NCBI GenBank assembly: GCA_046050865.1
Contig: JBJOPG010000004.1
Coordinates: 1 to 61,601 of the forward strand
Length of the DNA stretch: 61,601 nucleotides
Direction of reading: 5' to 3'
Origin: Cyanobacteriota bacterium
Lineage (GTDB): Bacteria; Cyanobacteriota; Cyanobacteriia; Cyanobacteriales; Xenococcaceae
In this document: positions 32,168 to 41,989 of the stretch, one piece after another
Layout: the number at the start of each line of letters is the position of its first letter
Position numbering within the stretch: the first letter of the stretch is position 1
Notes under the pieces: model-generated
What the model was told of the DNA's origin: nothing
The model's database searches: none
The model's input: the letters and a program-made list of their open reading frames with translations, nothing else
Made by a program: the position numbers and the translations under genes

Positions 32168-32252
32168 CTCTTAATGATCGCCAGAGACCAATTCTTGATC
32201 TTGAATTTGAGCAAAGATCAACCTAGATTATGCATTGAATAATTGATAATTA

Positions 32253-33914
32253 CTACTTGACGTTGCTACTACGCTTGATTGTCCAAAAAGGAAAAGTTTG
32301 ACTAGGATTAATGACTACACCGCTAATGTCATTCTGAGCAAAGGCATAATCTTTAGTTTGCCAGAGGGGAATATAAGGTACATCCTGGCTCATGACTTTT
32401 TGTAATTCCACTAAGATTGTGTTCCGTTTAGCCACATCCTGTTCCTGTCGAGATTGTTCGATAAGTTGATTAGCGCGATCGCTATAGTAGAATGAACCAC
32501 GACTTTGGGCGGCGCCAGATTTACAACCAGTCTTTACAGAACCCTCGCTACAGCTCAGAAAAGGCTGAAGATAATTATCAGGATCGAGAAAGTCTGGATA
32601 CCAATCAGCTAAAGCAGCAGGATATATTCCCTGACCGAGATTACTAAAAAAGGAAGCGGACTCCACACTCTTGGGGACAAACTGTATAATTCCTCCCAGT
32701 TTACTTTGAGCATAGGCTTTGAGGGTTTCTGCCACAATACCTCGTGTAATTGAGCCACTAGCATACCAAATTTCTACCACGGCAGGATTTTGTGCAGAAT
32801 AACCTGCTTTAGTGAGTAATTCTTTCGCCTTGGCAGTATTTGCCTCCCCATATAACTGCTCAAATGTCGGTTCGTAAGTATCAAATGCCGTGGGCACCAG
32901 ACTATAAATTGGTTCTGCTTGTCCTTTTAAAACTCGTTCGTTGATTAAACCACGATTAATACCTGCGGCGATCGCCTGGCGAACTTCAGGCTGGTCAAGG
33001 GGTTTTTGCTGTAGATTCAATACGAGATAGTTAACAACTGTTCCAGAGCCTTCAATTGCTTGTAAATCTTCTTGCTTGGCGAGTAAACTTTCGATTTGCT
33101 GGGGATCAAGGGATTGATAAGCCACATCAATTGCCTTGGTCTTAAAACTATTAAAGAGATTCGCTGAATTTCCGCCATAAACCTGAAGATTTATACCTTG
33201 ATTGGCTGGTGCTTCACCCCAATAATTAGGATTGGGGTCAAGGCTAATGGAATCGCTTTTAAACTGATTGAGCTTATATTTTCCTGTTCCTATCAATTGG
33301 TTGGGATTAAATTCTCCCGCACCTATTTTGTAAGCTTGGGGCGATACCGCGCAAGCGCCAGGAGAAGCGAGTAAGGCCGTAAAAGCAGCAAAGGGTTGTT
33401 TAAGACTAATCTTTAATTCATATTCCCCTGTTGCCTCAACAGACTTGATTACATCTCCTAAGAGAAAAGAAGGTTTGCCCCCGTTTTTAATAAACCGTTG
33501 TAGAGAAAACTCCATCGCTTTGGCGTTGAATGCGGCACCATCATGAAAGGTAACCCCTGTTCTGAGGGGAATGGTATAAGTCAAACCAGTTGCATCGATT
33601 TTTGGCATTGCAGTTGCCAACAGGGGTTTGATGTTGGTCGTACCAACTTCGTAAGTATAAAGACTTTCTGCCACATTATAAATAATATTTAACCCTGCAA
33701 TTTCGTAGCTATCTGCGGGGTCGAGAGTGCGTGGTTTTAAAGTTGTGCCTACCGCAATACGATTACTATCAATCGGAGTAACATCTGATTTAGGTTGACT
33801 ATGGCAGCCCACCACTAAGATAAAACAAAAAGAAAATAACAGAAAATATTTGCTGATTTTTTTTAGTCGGTACCCAATATCAGAGAAAATGTCAGAAAAT
33901 CGATTAGTACTCAT
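32253..33914 (-). CDS. ABC transporter peptide/nickel-binding lipoprotein (family 5)
   Basis: Lipobox VVGC, TLDPAD, LRTGVTFHDG, GTGKYKL, WYPDFLDPDNY. Confidence 0.9.
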   Translation of the reverse strand: MSTNRFSDIFSDIGYRLKKISKYFLLFSFCFILVVGCHSQPKSDVTPIDSNRIAVGTTLKPRTLDPADSYEIAGLNIIYNVAESLYTYEVGTTNIKPLLATAMPKIDATGLTYTIPLRTGVTFHDGAAFNAKAMEFSLQRFIKNGGKPSFLLGDVIKSVEATGEYELKISLKQPFAAFTALLASPGACAVSPQAYKIGAGEFNPNQLIGTGKYKLNQFKSDSISLDPNPNYWGEAPANQGINLQVYGGNSANLFNSFKTKAIDVAYQSLDPQQIESLLAKQEDLQAIEGSGTVVNYLVLNLQQKPLDQPEVRQAIAAGINRGLINERVLKGQAEPIYSLVPTAFDTYEPTFEQLYGEANTAKAKELLTKAGYSAQNPAVVEIWYASGSITRGIVAETLKAYAQSKLGGIIQFVPKSVESASFFSNLGQGIYPAALADWYPDFLDPDNYLQPFLSCSEGSVKTGCKSGAAQSRGSFYYSDRANQLIEQSRQEQDVAKRNTILVELQKVMSQDVPYIPLWQTKDYAFAQNDISGVVINPSQTFPFWTIKRSSNVK

Positions 33915-34083
33915 TACCTAGTAAGATTTAAAAGTCTATTCCGCATGATACTGGGTAATTAATCAGATCGTCTTCCTTATTTGTGTGACTTGTAGCCGAC
34001 TTTTGGGAGAGGTGTTATCAAACTACTGAGATTGAATAATTATTTATCTATCTGCTAACTATTTATTCTTACCAATTTGTTCC

Positions 34084-34437
34084 GTGACAAGCAGTCTACC
34101 CGAAACAACCTGCCGAGAAATTATCCTGTTGCTTTTACGCAAGAGAAAACGCTTAAGAGTTGTGGGAGATTCAATGTTGCCACTACTCCAACCCGGGGAT
34201 GAAATTTTGATTGATCCTTTCGCCTATCAAAAATCTTCACCACAAGTCAACGACATTATTGTCACCCGACACCCACTTCAGCAAAACTTTCCCATTGTTA
34301 AGAGGATCAACGGAATTAACGATGGCGATCGCTATTTTGTGACAGGAGACAATCGGGAAGCTAGTACTGATAGCCGCCACTGGGGAACCATAAAATTTTC
34401 TGACATCATCGGCAAAGTTACAAGTCAGTTCCACTGA
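34084..34437 (+). CDS. sodX: Ni-SOD maturation protease (S26 peptidase)
   Basis: RVVGDSMLPLL, IVKRI, GDNREASTDSRHWG. Confidence 0.8.
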   Translation: MTSSLPETTCREIILLLLRKRKRLRVVGDSMLPLLQPGDEILIDPFAYQKSSPQVNDIIVTRHPLQQNFPIVKRINGINDGDRYFVTGDNREASTDSRHWGTIKFSDIIGKVTSQFH

Positions 34438-34661
34438 AAAAACTGCGGTCAAACTGCGACCAAACTATCCCGAATCTCCAGGGTGAGTTTCCAGTTACCT
34501 TGGACACAAACCAATTAAAACGACAAAAATCAAGGAACAAGAGGTAAATTTTCGTCAATCTTGAAATCAAGTTTGACTCCCCCAAAACCTTAATTTTTAC
34601 AGCTTAATTTTTACAGATGTTCACGGCTCCCATAACCACAATTAACAAGATGTCTCGTTGG

Positions 34662-35033
34662 CTATCTATCTACTGCTAATTGAAAAGCACCCTGATCTTC
34701 AAAGATTTCAAACGCTTTGTCTAATTGAGTAAGCTCAAACATAATGCGCACTGAAGGAGCAAGAGAACAGATCCCGAACCTTTGTCCGAGGCTTTCAGCT
34801 AAACGAAAGGCTTTGATCAGTGCCATTAGCCCTGCACTATCCATGAATTCCACTGCTTCCATATTCACAAGTAAAGCAGAATCAACTGAAGCTTTTACTT
34901 CCACTGTTAAACGTTCTAGAAATTCACTCGCATTTGCTGCGCTCAGGAATCCTTCTGGTCTAAAAGTCTTATATTTTGTACGTAATTGCGTGCTGCTCAT
35001 TTTATTGTTTCTCGTTCTATAAATGTTACTCAA
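34662..35033 (-). CDS. STAS-domain anti-sigma factor antagonist
   Basis: VEFMDSAGLMAL, VRIMFELTQLD. Confidence 0.9.
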   Translation of the reverse strand: MSNIYRTRNNKMSSTQLRTKYKTFRPEGFLSAANASEFLERLTVEVKASVDSALLVNMEAVEFMDSAGLMALIKAFRLAESLGQRFGICSLAPSVRIMFELTQLDKAFEIFEDQGAFQLAVDR

Positions 35034-35537
35034 AAACCAGTTCTATCGTCTTAAGATTAGTCTGTAAATTTACTGATATCAACTCCTCCAAGCCTACTTT
35101 ACGTAATCTTGATAAGGAGATAAAGTATCGCTAAATTCTGACACCTAACTAGATTAATTTTGGATATAGGTATAGTGCTTTACGCTTTCTATATCTTTAG
35201 ATATGCATTGGGAACTCCATTCCACCCTAAGTCATGAGAAACACTTTATATTTGTAATCAATCTAGGGATTTTTTCTATCGGGGCAATCACTGAACTTTC
35301 AGCTTAGACCAACATTTAAAAAAGCGCTACTGATGATTGACATACGTTTATTATGATTGAGTTTAGCTTTATAGTTGGTATTAAAATTGACTGAACTTAC
35401 AAATTCACTCAACTTTACTTCTAGTATTTGTTATTTAATACTAATAAAAGTAGAACATAAAAGTAAAAACTCAGAAAAAACTAACATTTAATAAATTACA
35501 AGAAAGAAATAGTAATCAAAAGCACCTTTTATTATAT

Positions 35538-36005
35538 TTAAAACTTATCTTGATGAGCCTGCCAAACTAAGTGAATAAACTGATTTAGACACTTTTGTTT
35601 GAATATCTTATCTCCAAGATGATAGCTAATATCTTCTAATTGAGGTAGTAAATTAATTATTTCCGTATCTATCGCTGGGCGGAAAAGACTATCGGGCCAC
35701 AGTAAATCTGGACTAGATTGCAAATCGATTAACTTAGTTCCATCAAGACTTTCACTATAGTTAGTGGAGTATTCAACAGAATCTTGCTGCAACATTAATT
35801 GCCAAGAATCCCATCTAGAATTTTCTTCTCGATTGCTTTGGGTACCAGGGGATATTACTAAACACAGCGGTCTAAACCAACATTTTTGACGGTGGGGAAT
35901 TAATTGAATCACCTCACCATAAAGTGTGTTGTTTTGATACTCCAGACAGACTATTTGACTCGCTTTTAAAAACAAGTCACAAGGACTCAATCTAATATCA
36001 TCCAT
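35538..36005 (-). CDS. Hypothetical protein
   Basis: 155-aa ORF with QIVCLE...LYGEVIQ...W.RPL...DL....DLLWP..LFRPAIDTE, which looks like a conserved cyanobacterial hypothetical. Confidence 0.7.
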   Translation of the reverse strand: MDDIRLSPCDLFLKASQIVCLEYQNNTLYGEVIQLIPHRQKCWFRPLCLVISPGTQSNREENSRWDSWQLMLQQDSVEYSTNYSESLDGTKLIDLQSSPDLLWPDSLFRPAIDTEIINLLPQLEDISYHLGDKIFKQKCLNQFIHLVWQAHQDKF

Positions 36006-36296
36006 TAACGTTATTCACCCTAGGGATTCATTGCGAGCAGAGCTTTTGAAATTGTTAATCTTTAACTGCTTTAAACCAAATAATCAATTGTTTTAACTGC
36101 TTTAATTAATTTTTAATTGATTTATGTGTTTGATGTGAATTAGTTTGCCTTCAGATTAGCTGGTTTTAAGCATACGGCTCTCGGATTTAGAACGTCAGGA
36201 AAAAGTTGTGCAGAAAAGTTATCCAGAAAAGACTTTGCCTTTTGAGTAATTTCTGTAGCAAATTTAATTCACATCAAACATTTTTATTTACATGAC

Positions 36297-36827
36297 CTAC
36301 GCCAAGTATCCAGAGTCTTTCAACTTAGTAACGATTTTATTGACACTTTCGGCTAATTCTTCGAGATCAGTACGACATTCAACTTCAGGGTTGGTTGGGG
36401 GCTCATAAGGATCGTCAATGCCTGTAAATTGCTTTATTTTCCCAGCTCTGACTTGCTTGTATAATCCTTTAACATCTCGCTCTTCACAAACTGATATGGG
36501 AGCGTTAACAAAAACCTCTAGGAAGTTGTCGATTTTAGCCCTCATTTCTTCTCTAATGGCACGATAGGGACTGATCACAGGAACCAAAACAATTACGCCA
36601 TTGCGCGCTAACAGTTCAGCCACAAAGCCAATTCGGCGGATGTTAGTATCGCGATCTTCTTTAGAAAAGCCCAGATCTTTAGTGAGATTTTCTCTAATTA
36701 CATCGCCATCTAAAACTTCTAACTGATATCCTTCGGACTCCAATTTCTCTGTTAATGCGTCAGCGATCGTACTTTTCCCTGCGCCACTAAATCCAGTAAA
36801 CCAAACGACTACACCCTTCTGCTTCAT
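36297..36827 (-). CDS. cysC: Adenylyl-sulfate kinase
   Basis: WFTGFSGAGKST, LDGD..R, RDVKGLY, FTGIDDPYE. Confidence 0.97.
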   Translation of the reverse strand: MKQKGVVVWFTGFSGAGKSTIADALTEKLESEGYQLEVLDGDVIRENLTKDLGFSKEDRDTNIRRIGFVAELLARNGVIVLVPVISPYRAIREEMRAKIDNFLEVFVNAPISVCEERDVKGLYKQVRAGKIKQFTGIDDPYEPPTNPEVECRTDLEELAESVNKIVTKLKDSGYLA

Positions 36828-36958
36828 AATAGTTTGTATTCCTTAATAAGTTTTTATACCTCAACGTATTCTACTTGATGAGGGTAATAGGTAGGTCAAA
36901 ATTCAATAGCTGTTCTCGGCTAAATAAATTCAGGAGCTTGAAAATTTATTTATATTTC

Positions 36959-38899
36959 TTAGACTTCTCTTTCCGCTAGTGCTAACCAACTTTCAGTATG
37001 GCGCTCAATTTCTTCGTTTAAGGATACTAGTTTTGCTGACAATTCTTGTACTAGATTAAAGTCACTACAGTTGATTGCCAGATTATTTTCAAGTTGTGCT
37101 TTGTCTGTTTCCAGTTGAGCAATTTTCGCTTCTAGCTTTTGATATTCTCGTTTTTCAAAATTAGATAGAGGTTTAATTCCCTGATTTTGATTGTCCGACT
37201 TGCTGTTACTAATACTTTTGGGCTTAGTTGACTGGGATTTGGCGACAACTTGGTCTTGTTTCGCTTGTTTATCTAGTTTTTCTGCCTTCTTTTTGTGTTC
37301 TACATAGACCGAATAGTTGCCTGGATAAAGTCGCACTTGGGATTCTGGTTCGATCGCCAAAATAAAATCAACCGTCCGATCTAGAAAATAGCGATCATGG
37401 GAAACTACAATCACGCAACCGTTAAAGTTCTCTAAATAGTCTTCGAGAATTGCCAGGGTCTGAACATCCAAGTCGTTAGTTGGCTCATCGAGGATCAAGA
37501 CATTAGGGGCATCCATCAACACTTGGAGTAGAAACAAGCGCCGCTTTTCTCCCCCAGATAGTTTGTGGATCGGTGCATATTGTTGATCGGGAGGAAAGAG
37601 AAACTTCTCCAACATTTGGGAAGCGCTGATCTTAGTGCCGTCGGCGGTGGTGACCACTTCGGCAACTTCTTTGATATATTCAATCACCCGTTGGTTTTCA
37701 TCTAAAGCAGCCAAAATATTATCAGAATGCTGGTCAAAATAACCGATATGTATGGTCTTGCCGATATCTACCTTTCCTTGGTCTGGTTCAATCCGTCCTG
37801 TAATGATGTTCATCAGTGTAGACTTACCAGCACCATTGGCACCAATGATCCCCAGGCGATCGCTTGGGGTAAATTCATAGCTAAAATCTTTAAACAGAGT
37901 CTTGCCGTCGTAAGATTTAGCGATCTTCTCCAGCTCAATGACTTTTTTGCCGATGCGTCTGCCTGGGGTATCAATATCAACCTTTTCCTGGGTCTGTTTA
38001 AACTCCCGATCCTGCATATCACCAATGCGATCAATACGAGCTTTTTGTTTAGTGCTACGGGCTTTCGGCCCTTTTTTAAGCCACTCTAGCTCTTTTCTTA
38101 ACACTCCCTGAAATTTACGTTGACTACTGGCGACAGACTCTTCTTGGAGGGCTTTTTTCTCTAGATAGTAAGAATAATTGCCAGCGTAAGCATAAAGATC
38201 GGCACGATCAATTTCTAAAATGCGAGTGGTAACATTATCCAAAAAATAGCGATCGTGGGTAATTAATAGAATTGCCCCCTGAAAACGAGCTAAGTATTCC
38301 TGCAACCACTCCACCGACTCAGCATCAAGATGGTTAGTTGGTTCGTCCATCATTAACAGATCAGGTTCGTTTAGCAACGCCGCCGCCAGAGCAATCCGTT
38401 TACGATATCCACCCGAAAGATCTTTCACCTTGGCATCAAAATCCTCAATCCCTAATTTACTCAGGACAATCTTGGCTTTCGTTTCCAAATCCCAAGCTCC
38501 CAGGGTCGCCATCTTTTCTGTGACGGTTGCCAAGCGAGCCATGAGGGCATCCAAATCACCACCCTTTGCCAAAGCTATCTTGTGGGATAAATTCTCATAC
38601 TCCCGCACTAGTTGCATCTGCTCACCACTATCGGCAAACACCTGGTCAATCACCGTCAGGTTTTCGTCTATTTCAGGCTGTTGAGGTAAATAAATCACCC
38701 TTGCCCCAGATTTGAGCAATCGTTGACCACCATCCAGCGGCTCAATCCCGGCAATCATTTTAAGCAAAGTGGACTTACCAGAGCCGTTAACCCCAATCAG
38801 CCCGACCTTATCATTAGGTTCAATGCTAAAGCTGGCATCCCGGAGTATTTCTTTAATGCCAAAATCTTTTTTAATATTCTGTAGGGTTAAAATGCTCAT
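36959..38899 (-). CDS. uup: ABC-F family ATPase (Uup-like)
   Basis: Two ABC domains (GVNGSGKST/LSGG/DEPTNHLD and GANGAGKST/LSGGE/DEPTNDLD) and a C-terminal coiled coil. Confidence 0.85.
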   Translation of the reverse strand: MSILTLQNIKKDFGIKEILRDASFSIEPNDKVGLIGVNGSGKSTLLKMIAGIEPLDGGQRLLKSGARVIYLPQQPEIDENLTVIDQVFADSGEQMQLVREYENLSHKIALAKGGDLDALMARLATVTEKMATLGAWDLETKAKIVLSKLGIEDFDAKVKDLSGGYRKRIALAAALLNEPDLLMMDEPTNHLDAESVEWLQEYLARFQGAILLITHDRYFLDNVTTRILEIDRADLYAYAGNYSYYLEKKALQEESVASSQRKFQGVLRKELEWLKKGPKARSTKQKARIDRIGDMQDREFKQTQEKVDIDTPGRRIGKKVIELEKIAKSYDGKTLFKDFSYEFTPSDRLGIIGANGAGKSTLMNIITGRIEPDQGKVDIGKTIHIGYFDQHSDNILAALDENQRVIEYIKEVAEVVTTADGTKISASQMLEKFLFPPDQQYAPIHKLSGGEKRRLFLLQVLMDAPNVLILDEPTNDLDVQTLAILEDYLENFNGCVIVVSHDRYFLDRTVDFILAIEPESQVRLYPGNYSVYVEHKKKAEKLDKQAKQDQVVAKSQSTKPKSISNSKSDNQNQGIKPLSNFEKREYQKLEAKIAQLETDKAQLENNLAINCSDFNLVQELSAKLVSLNEEIERHTESWLALAEREV

Positions 38900-38944
38900 T
38901 AAATTACCAACTAAAAACTAAAGACTAAAAACTAAAGACTATTT

Positions 38945-39619
38945 ATGCTTTGTATTGGACATCGGGGGGCAATGGGACATGAGCCTGAAAATACTTTGTT
39001 GTCGATCAAAAAGGCGATCGCCTTAGGTGTTGATGCCATAGAAATTGATGTCCACAATCTCGAAAATAATTTAGTGGTAATTCACGATCGCGATCTAGCT
39101 CGGACTACCAACGGGACAGGTTATCTAGAGGATAACAGTTTTGCCTATGTGCGATCGCTAGATGCGGGCAAAGGGGAACAAGTACCGACTCTGGAAGAAG
39201 TATTTGAGACAGTAGATCGTCAAGTCATAATTAATATTGAATTAAAGGGGAGCAATACCGCTAAGTTAGTTATTAGTTTGATTCAAGCTTATATTAAAGC
39301 AGGATGGTCTTACACCGATTTTGTTGTTTCCTCTTTTGATCACGAGCAATTGCATCAGATTAAGGCAATATGTCCTGAAATCATTACGGGAATGCTAATT
39401 TATGGTTTGCCTTGGCAATATTTAGCTAGCGCTCAAGAGTTACAGGTAGCGCTGATTATTCCTAGTTTAGATTATGTTACTTCTAAAATGATTGAATCTG
39501 CACATCAACAAGGTTTGCAGGTGTGGGTCTATACCGTTAACCAGCCTGATGATCTTAAACTTATGAGAGCATTAGGAGCGGACGGTATATTTACCAATTA
39601 CCCTGAAAGAGTATTTTAA
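38945..39619 (+). CDS. Glycerophosphodiester phosphodiesterase
   Basis: IGHRGA..EPENTL, EIDV, IHD, NIELK, WVYTVN, GIFTNYP. Confidence 0.92.
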   Translation: MLCIGHRGAMGHEPENTLLSIKKAIALGVDAIEIDVHNLENNLVVIHDRDLARTTNGTGYLEDNSFAYVRSLDAGKGEQVPTLEEVFETVDRQVIINIELKGSNTAKLVISLIQAYIKAGWSYTDFVVSSFDHEQLHQIKAICPEIITGMLIYGLPWQYLASAQELQVALIIPSLDYVTSKMIESAHQQGLQVWVYTVNQPDDLKLMRALGADGIFTNYPERVF

Positions 39620-39645
39620 AACTGCACCGACTAAATAAATCCTAA

Positions 39646-40593
39646 ATGAATCGCGATCGCTGGACTCGCTGGCTCTATCCCCTAGCCGCATTACTGCTAC
39701 TGATTTTTTCTCTCTGTATTTTGCGAAAAGAGTTAGGTCGTTATAGCCTGAAGGATATTTTCGCAGGTCTGGCTCAAATTAGCGATCGCCAGCTAGCTTA
39801 CTCTTTAGGCTTTGCTTTTACAAGTTACTTCATAATTAGTACTTATGATTTAATTGCTTTTCGTCAACTTAATCATTATCTTGACCGCAAAAGGATTTTA
39901 TTTACTACTTTTATTACTTATGCCGTCAGTAACACCACAGGATTTACCCTGCTGATTGGTGGTGGAATTCGCTATCGTTTCTATTCTCTTTGGGGCGTGC
40001 CGACTCGCATCATTGCCACCATAACTGCCTTGGGTAATCTCACTTTCTGGTTAGGTTTACTTACCCTCTGTGGGGTTACTTTTCTGGTTCATCCTTTACA
40101 GTTACCCACCACCTTGCGCATTCAAACAATCGCGATGCAGTATCTGGGAATTGCCGCGTTGTTTCTGGTGGGTAGCTATCTTTATTTCTGTTGGCGCAAA
40201 AAAAGCCTAAAAGTCAGAGGACAAATTTTGCGTTTTCCTCAAGTTACGACTCCTCTAACCCAAATTGCAGTTTTTTCCCTTGACTGGGCATTGGCAGCGG
40301 CAGTTTTATACTGCTTGATTCCTAGCTATCCCCATAAGTCTTACCTTCAGTTTTTTAGTATTTATCAGTTAGGCATGGCCGCCTCCATCATGAGCAATAT
40401 TCCAGGTGGAATTGGCGTCTTTGAAACCGTAATTATATTTTTACTGCCTGAAAGTATCTTTGCTCCCGACATCCTGAGTTCGCTTTTGGTTTATCGCTCA
40501 ATCCGCTTTTTAATTCCCTTGGCTCTGGCGCTGATTTTAGTCTGTTGTTTTGAATTTAAACAAAGATGGCGCTCTAAAACCCGCAATAAGTAG
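39646..40593 (+). CDS. MprF flippase-like / lysylphosphatidylglycerol synthase TM-domain protein (no synthase domain)
   Basis: YDLIA, SNTTG..LIGGGIRYRFYS, PGGIGVFE, LLVYR. Confidence 0.8.
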   Translation: MNRDRWTRWLYPLAALLLLIFSLCILRKELGRYSLKDIFAGLAQISDRQLAYSLGFAFTSYFIISTYDLIAFRQLNHYLDRKRILFTTFITYAVSNTTGFTLLIGGGIRYRFYSLWGVPTRIIATITALGNLTFWLGLLTLCGVTFLVHPLQLPTTLRIQTIAMQYLGIAALFLVGSYLYFCWRKKSLKVRGQILRFPQVTTPLTQIAVFSLDWALAAAVLYCLIPSYPHKSYLQFFSIYQLGMAASIMSNIPGGIGVFETVIIFLLPESIFAPDILSSLLVYRSIRFLIPLALALILVCCFEFKQRWRSKTRNK

Positions 40594-40746
40594 TTAGGCA
40601 AATATAGTTGCGCAAAACTGGAGGAGTGATTCCAATCAGTTGCTTATTTAATCCGAGAGGCTAGACTCACTAGTTAAGAAGAGTCTAACTTCTTGTTTAC
40701 CTATAGTTACTCAAGCAAAAGATTAAAAGTAATATAATAAATAATT

Positions 40747-41877
40747 ATGGATGTAGTCGATTTTCTCAATGTTTCTATTCATAACACTACCACCCCAGAG
40801 TTATTAGCTGATTTACATCTCAATGGTGGTGTTGTCGTCACTCCCAACGTGGATCACTTAATTAAAATTCAGAGCGATCGCGAATTTTTACACGCTTACT
40901 ATACTTCTAACTATCGAGTTTGTGATAGCCGAATTTTACAATACATTTCTTTTTTACTTGGTAATCCCATTAAAGAAAAAATTTCTGGCTCAGATTTTTT
41001 TCCTGCTTTTTATGAATACAATCAGCACGATGAAGATGTGAAAATATTTCTTTTAGGTGCGAAAGAAGGTGTTGCCGAACAGGCAAAATTCAAGATTAAC
41101 CAAAAGGTCGGCAGAGAGATGGTAGTGGCAGCCCATTCCCCCTCCTTTGGCTTTGAACAAGATGAACAGGAATGTCAGTCTATTATTGAACGCATCAATC
41201 AATCCACTGCCACTGTCTTAGCGGTGGGTGTGGGGGCCCCGAAACAAGAAAAATGGATTGCCAAATATCGTCATCAATTACCTAAAATCAAAATTTTCCT
41301 GGCTATTGGTGCCACCATTGACTTTGAAGCCGGAACTGTCAAGCGATCGCCTCAAGTATTAGGAAATTTAGGTCTGGAATGGCTATATCGTCTCTCTAGT
41401 GAACCAAGTCGCCTTTGGAAACGTTATTTGGTGGAAAGCTTACCCTTGTTTTGGTTAGTTGGTCAGCAAAAAATGAACCAATATAAGTTTTCACCCCATC
41501 TCCAACGGGAATATCTGCCCTTGGGAGAGATTCTTCAACAGGCAGGATTGTTATCTCCTCAACTCATTAGACAAACCCTAAATATTCAAAAACAACATCA
41601 AGATCATCGTTTTGGTGAAATCTTGATTAATGAAGGTTATCTTCCTTCCACAACGATTAACTTTTTTGTCAACGATTTACCTCAATTGCTTCACTCACAG
41701 CAGAAACTACGCTTAGGGGATTATTTCAACCATGCGGGGTTACTGCTGCCAGAACAAATTACGGAAACTTTGCAACAGCAGTCTTTAACCCAGCGGAAGT
41801 TTGGCGAAATTATCCTCCAAAAAGGATGGGTTCAACCAAAAACTCTTGATTGGTTTGTCAATCTACAAAATAGTTAA
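40747..41877 (+). CDS. WecB/TagA/CpsF glycosyltransferase fused to tandem MshEN-like domains
   Basis: N-terminal TPNVDH, KISGSD, GVGAPKQEKW, GLEWLYRL. C-terminal LGEILQQAGLL...RFGEILINEGY and RLGDYFNHAGLL...KFGEIILQKGW. Confidence 0.88.
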   Translation: MDVVDFLNVSIHNTTTPELLADLHLNGGVVVTPNVDHLIKIQSDREFLHAYYTSNYRVCDSRILQYISFLLGNPIKEKISGSDFFPAFYEYNQHDEDVKIFLLGAKEGVAEQAKFKINQKVGREMVVAAHSPSFGFEQDEQECQSIIERINQSTATVLAVGVGAPKQEKWIAKYRHQLPKIKIFLAIGATIDFEAGTVKRSPQVLGNLGLEWLYRLSSEPSRLWKRYLVESLPLFWLVGQQKMNQYKFSPHLQREYLPLGEILQQAGLLSPQLIRQTLNIQKQHQDHRFGEILINEGYLPSTTINFFVNDLPQLLHSQQKLRLGDYFNHAGLLLPEQITETLQQQSLTQRKFGEIILQKGWVQPKTLDWFVNLQNS

Positions 41878-41979
41878 GTACCTAAATAAAATTAATTACA
41901 CACTTGACTTGCTCTTTCACCTTTTCCCTTTTCCCTTTTCCCGATCTTAACTAGGAAATTAATTTTGCATGACTACTTA
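41875..41979. mobile_element. MITE copy 2 (same family as 11102-11221)
   Basis: TAAGTACCTAAATAAAATTAATTAC...GAAATTAATTTTGCATGACTACTTA, with the same core ACACTTGACTTGCTCTTT...CCCGATCTTAACTAGG. Confidence 0.8.
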
Positions 41980-41989
41980 ACTAAAGAAC

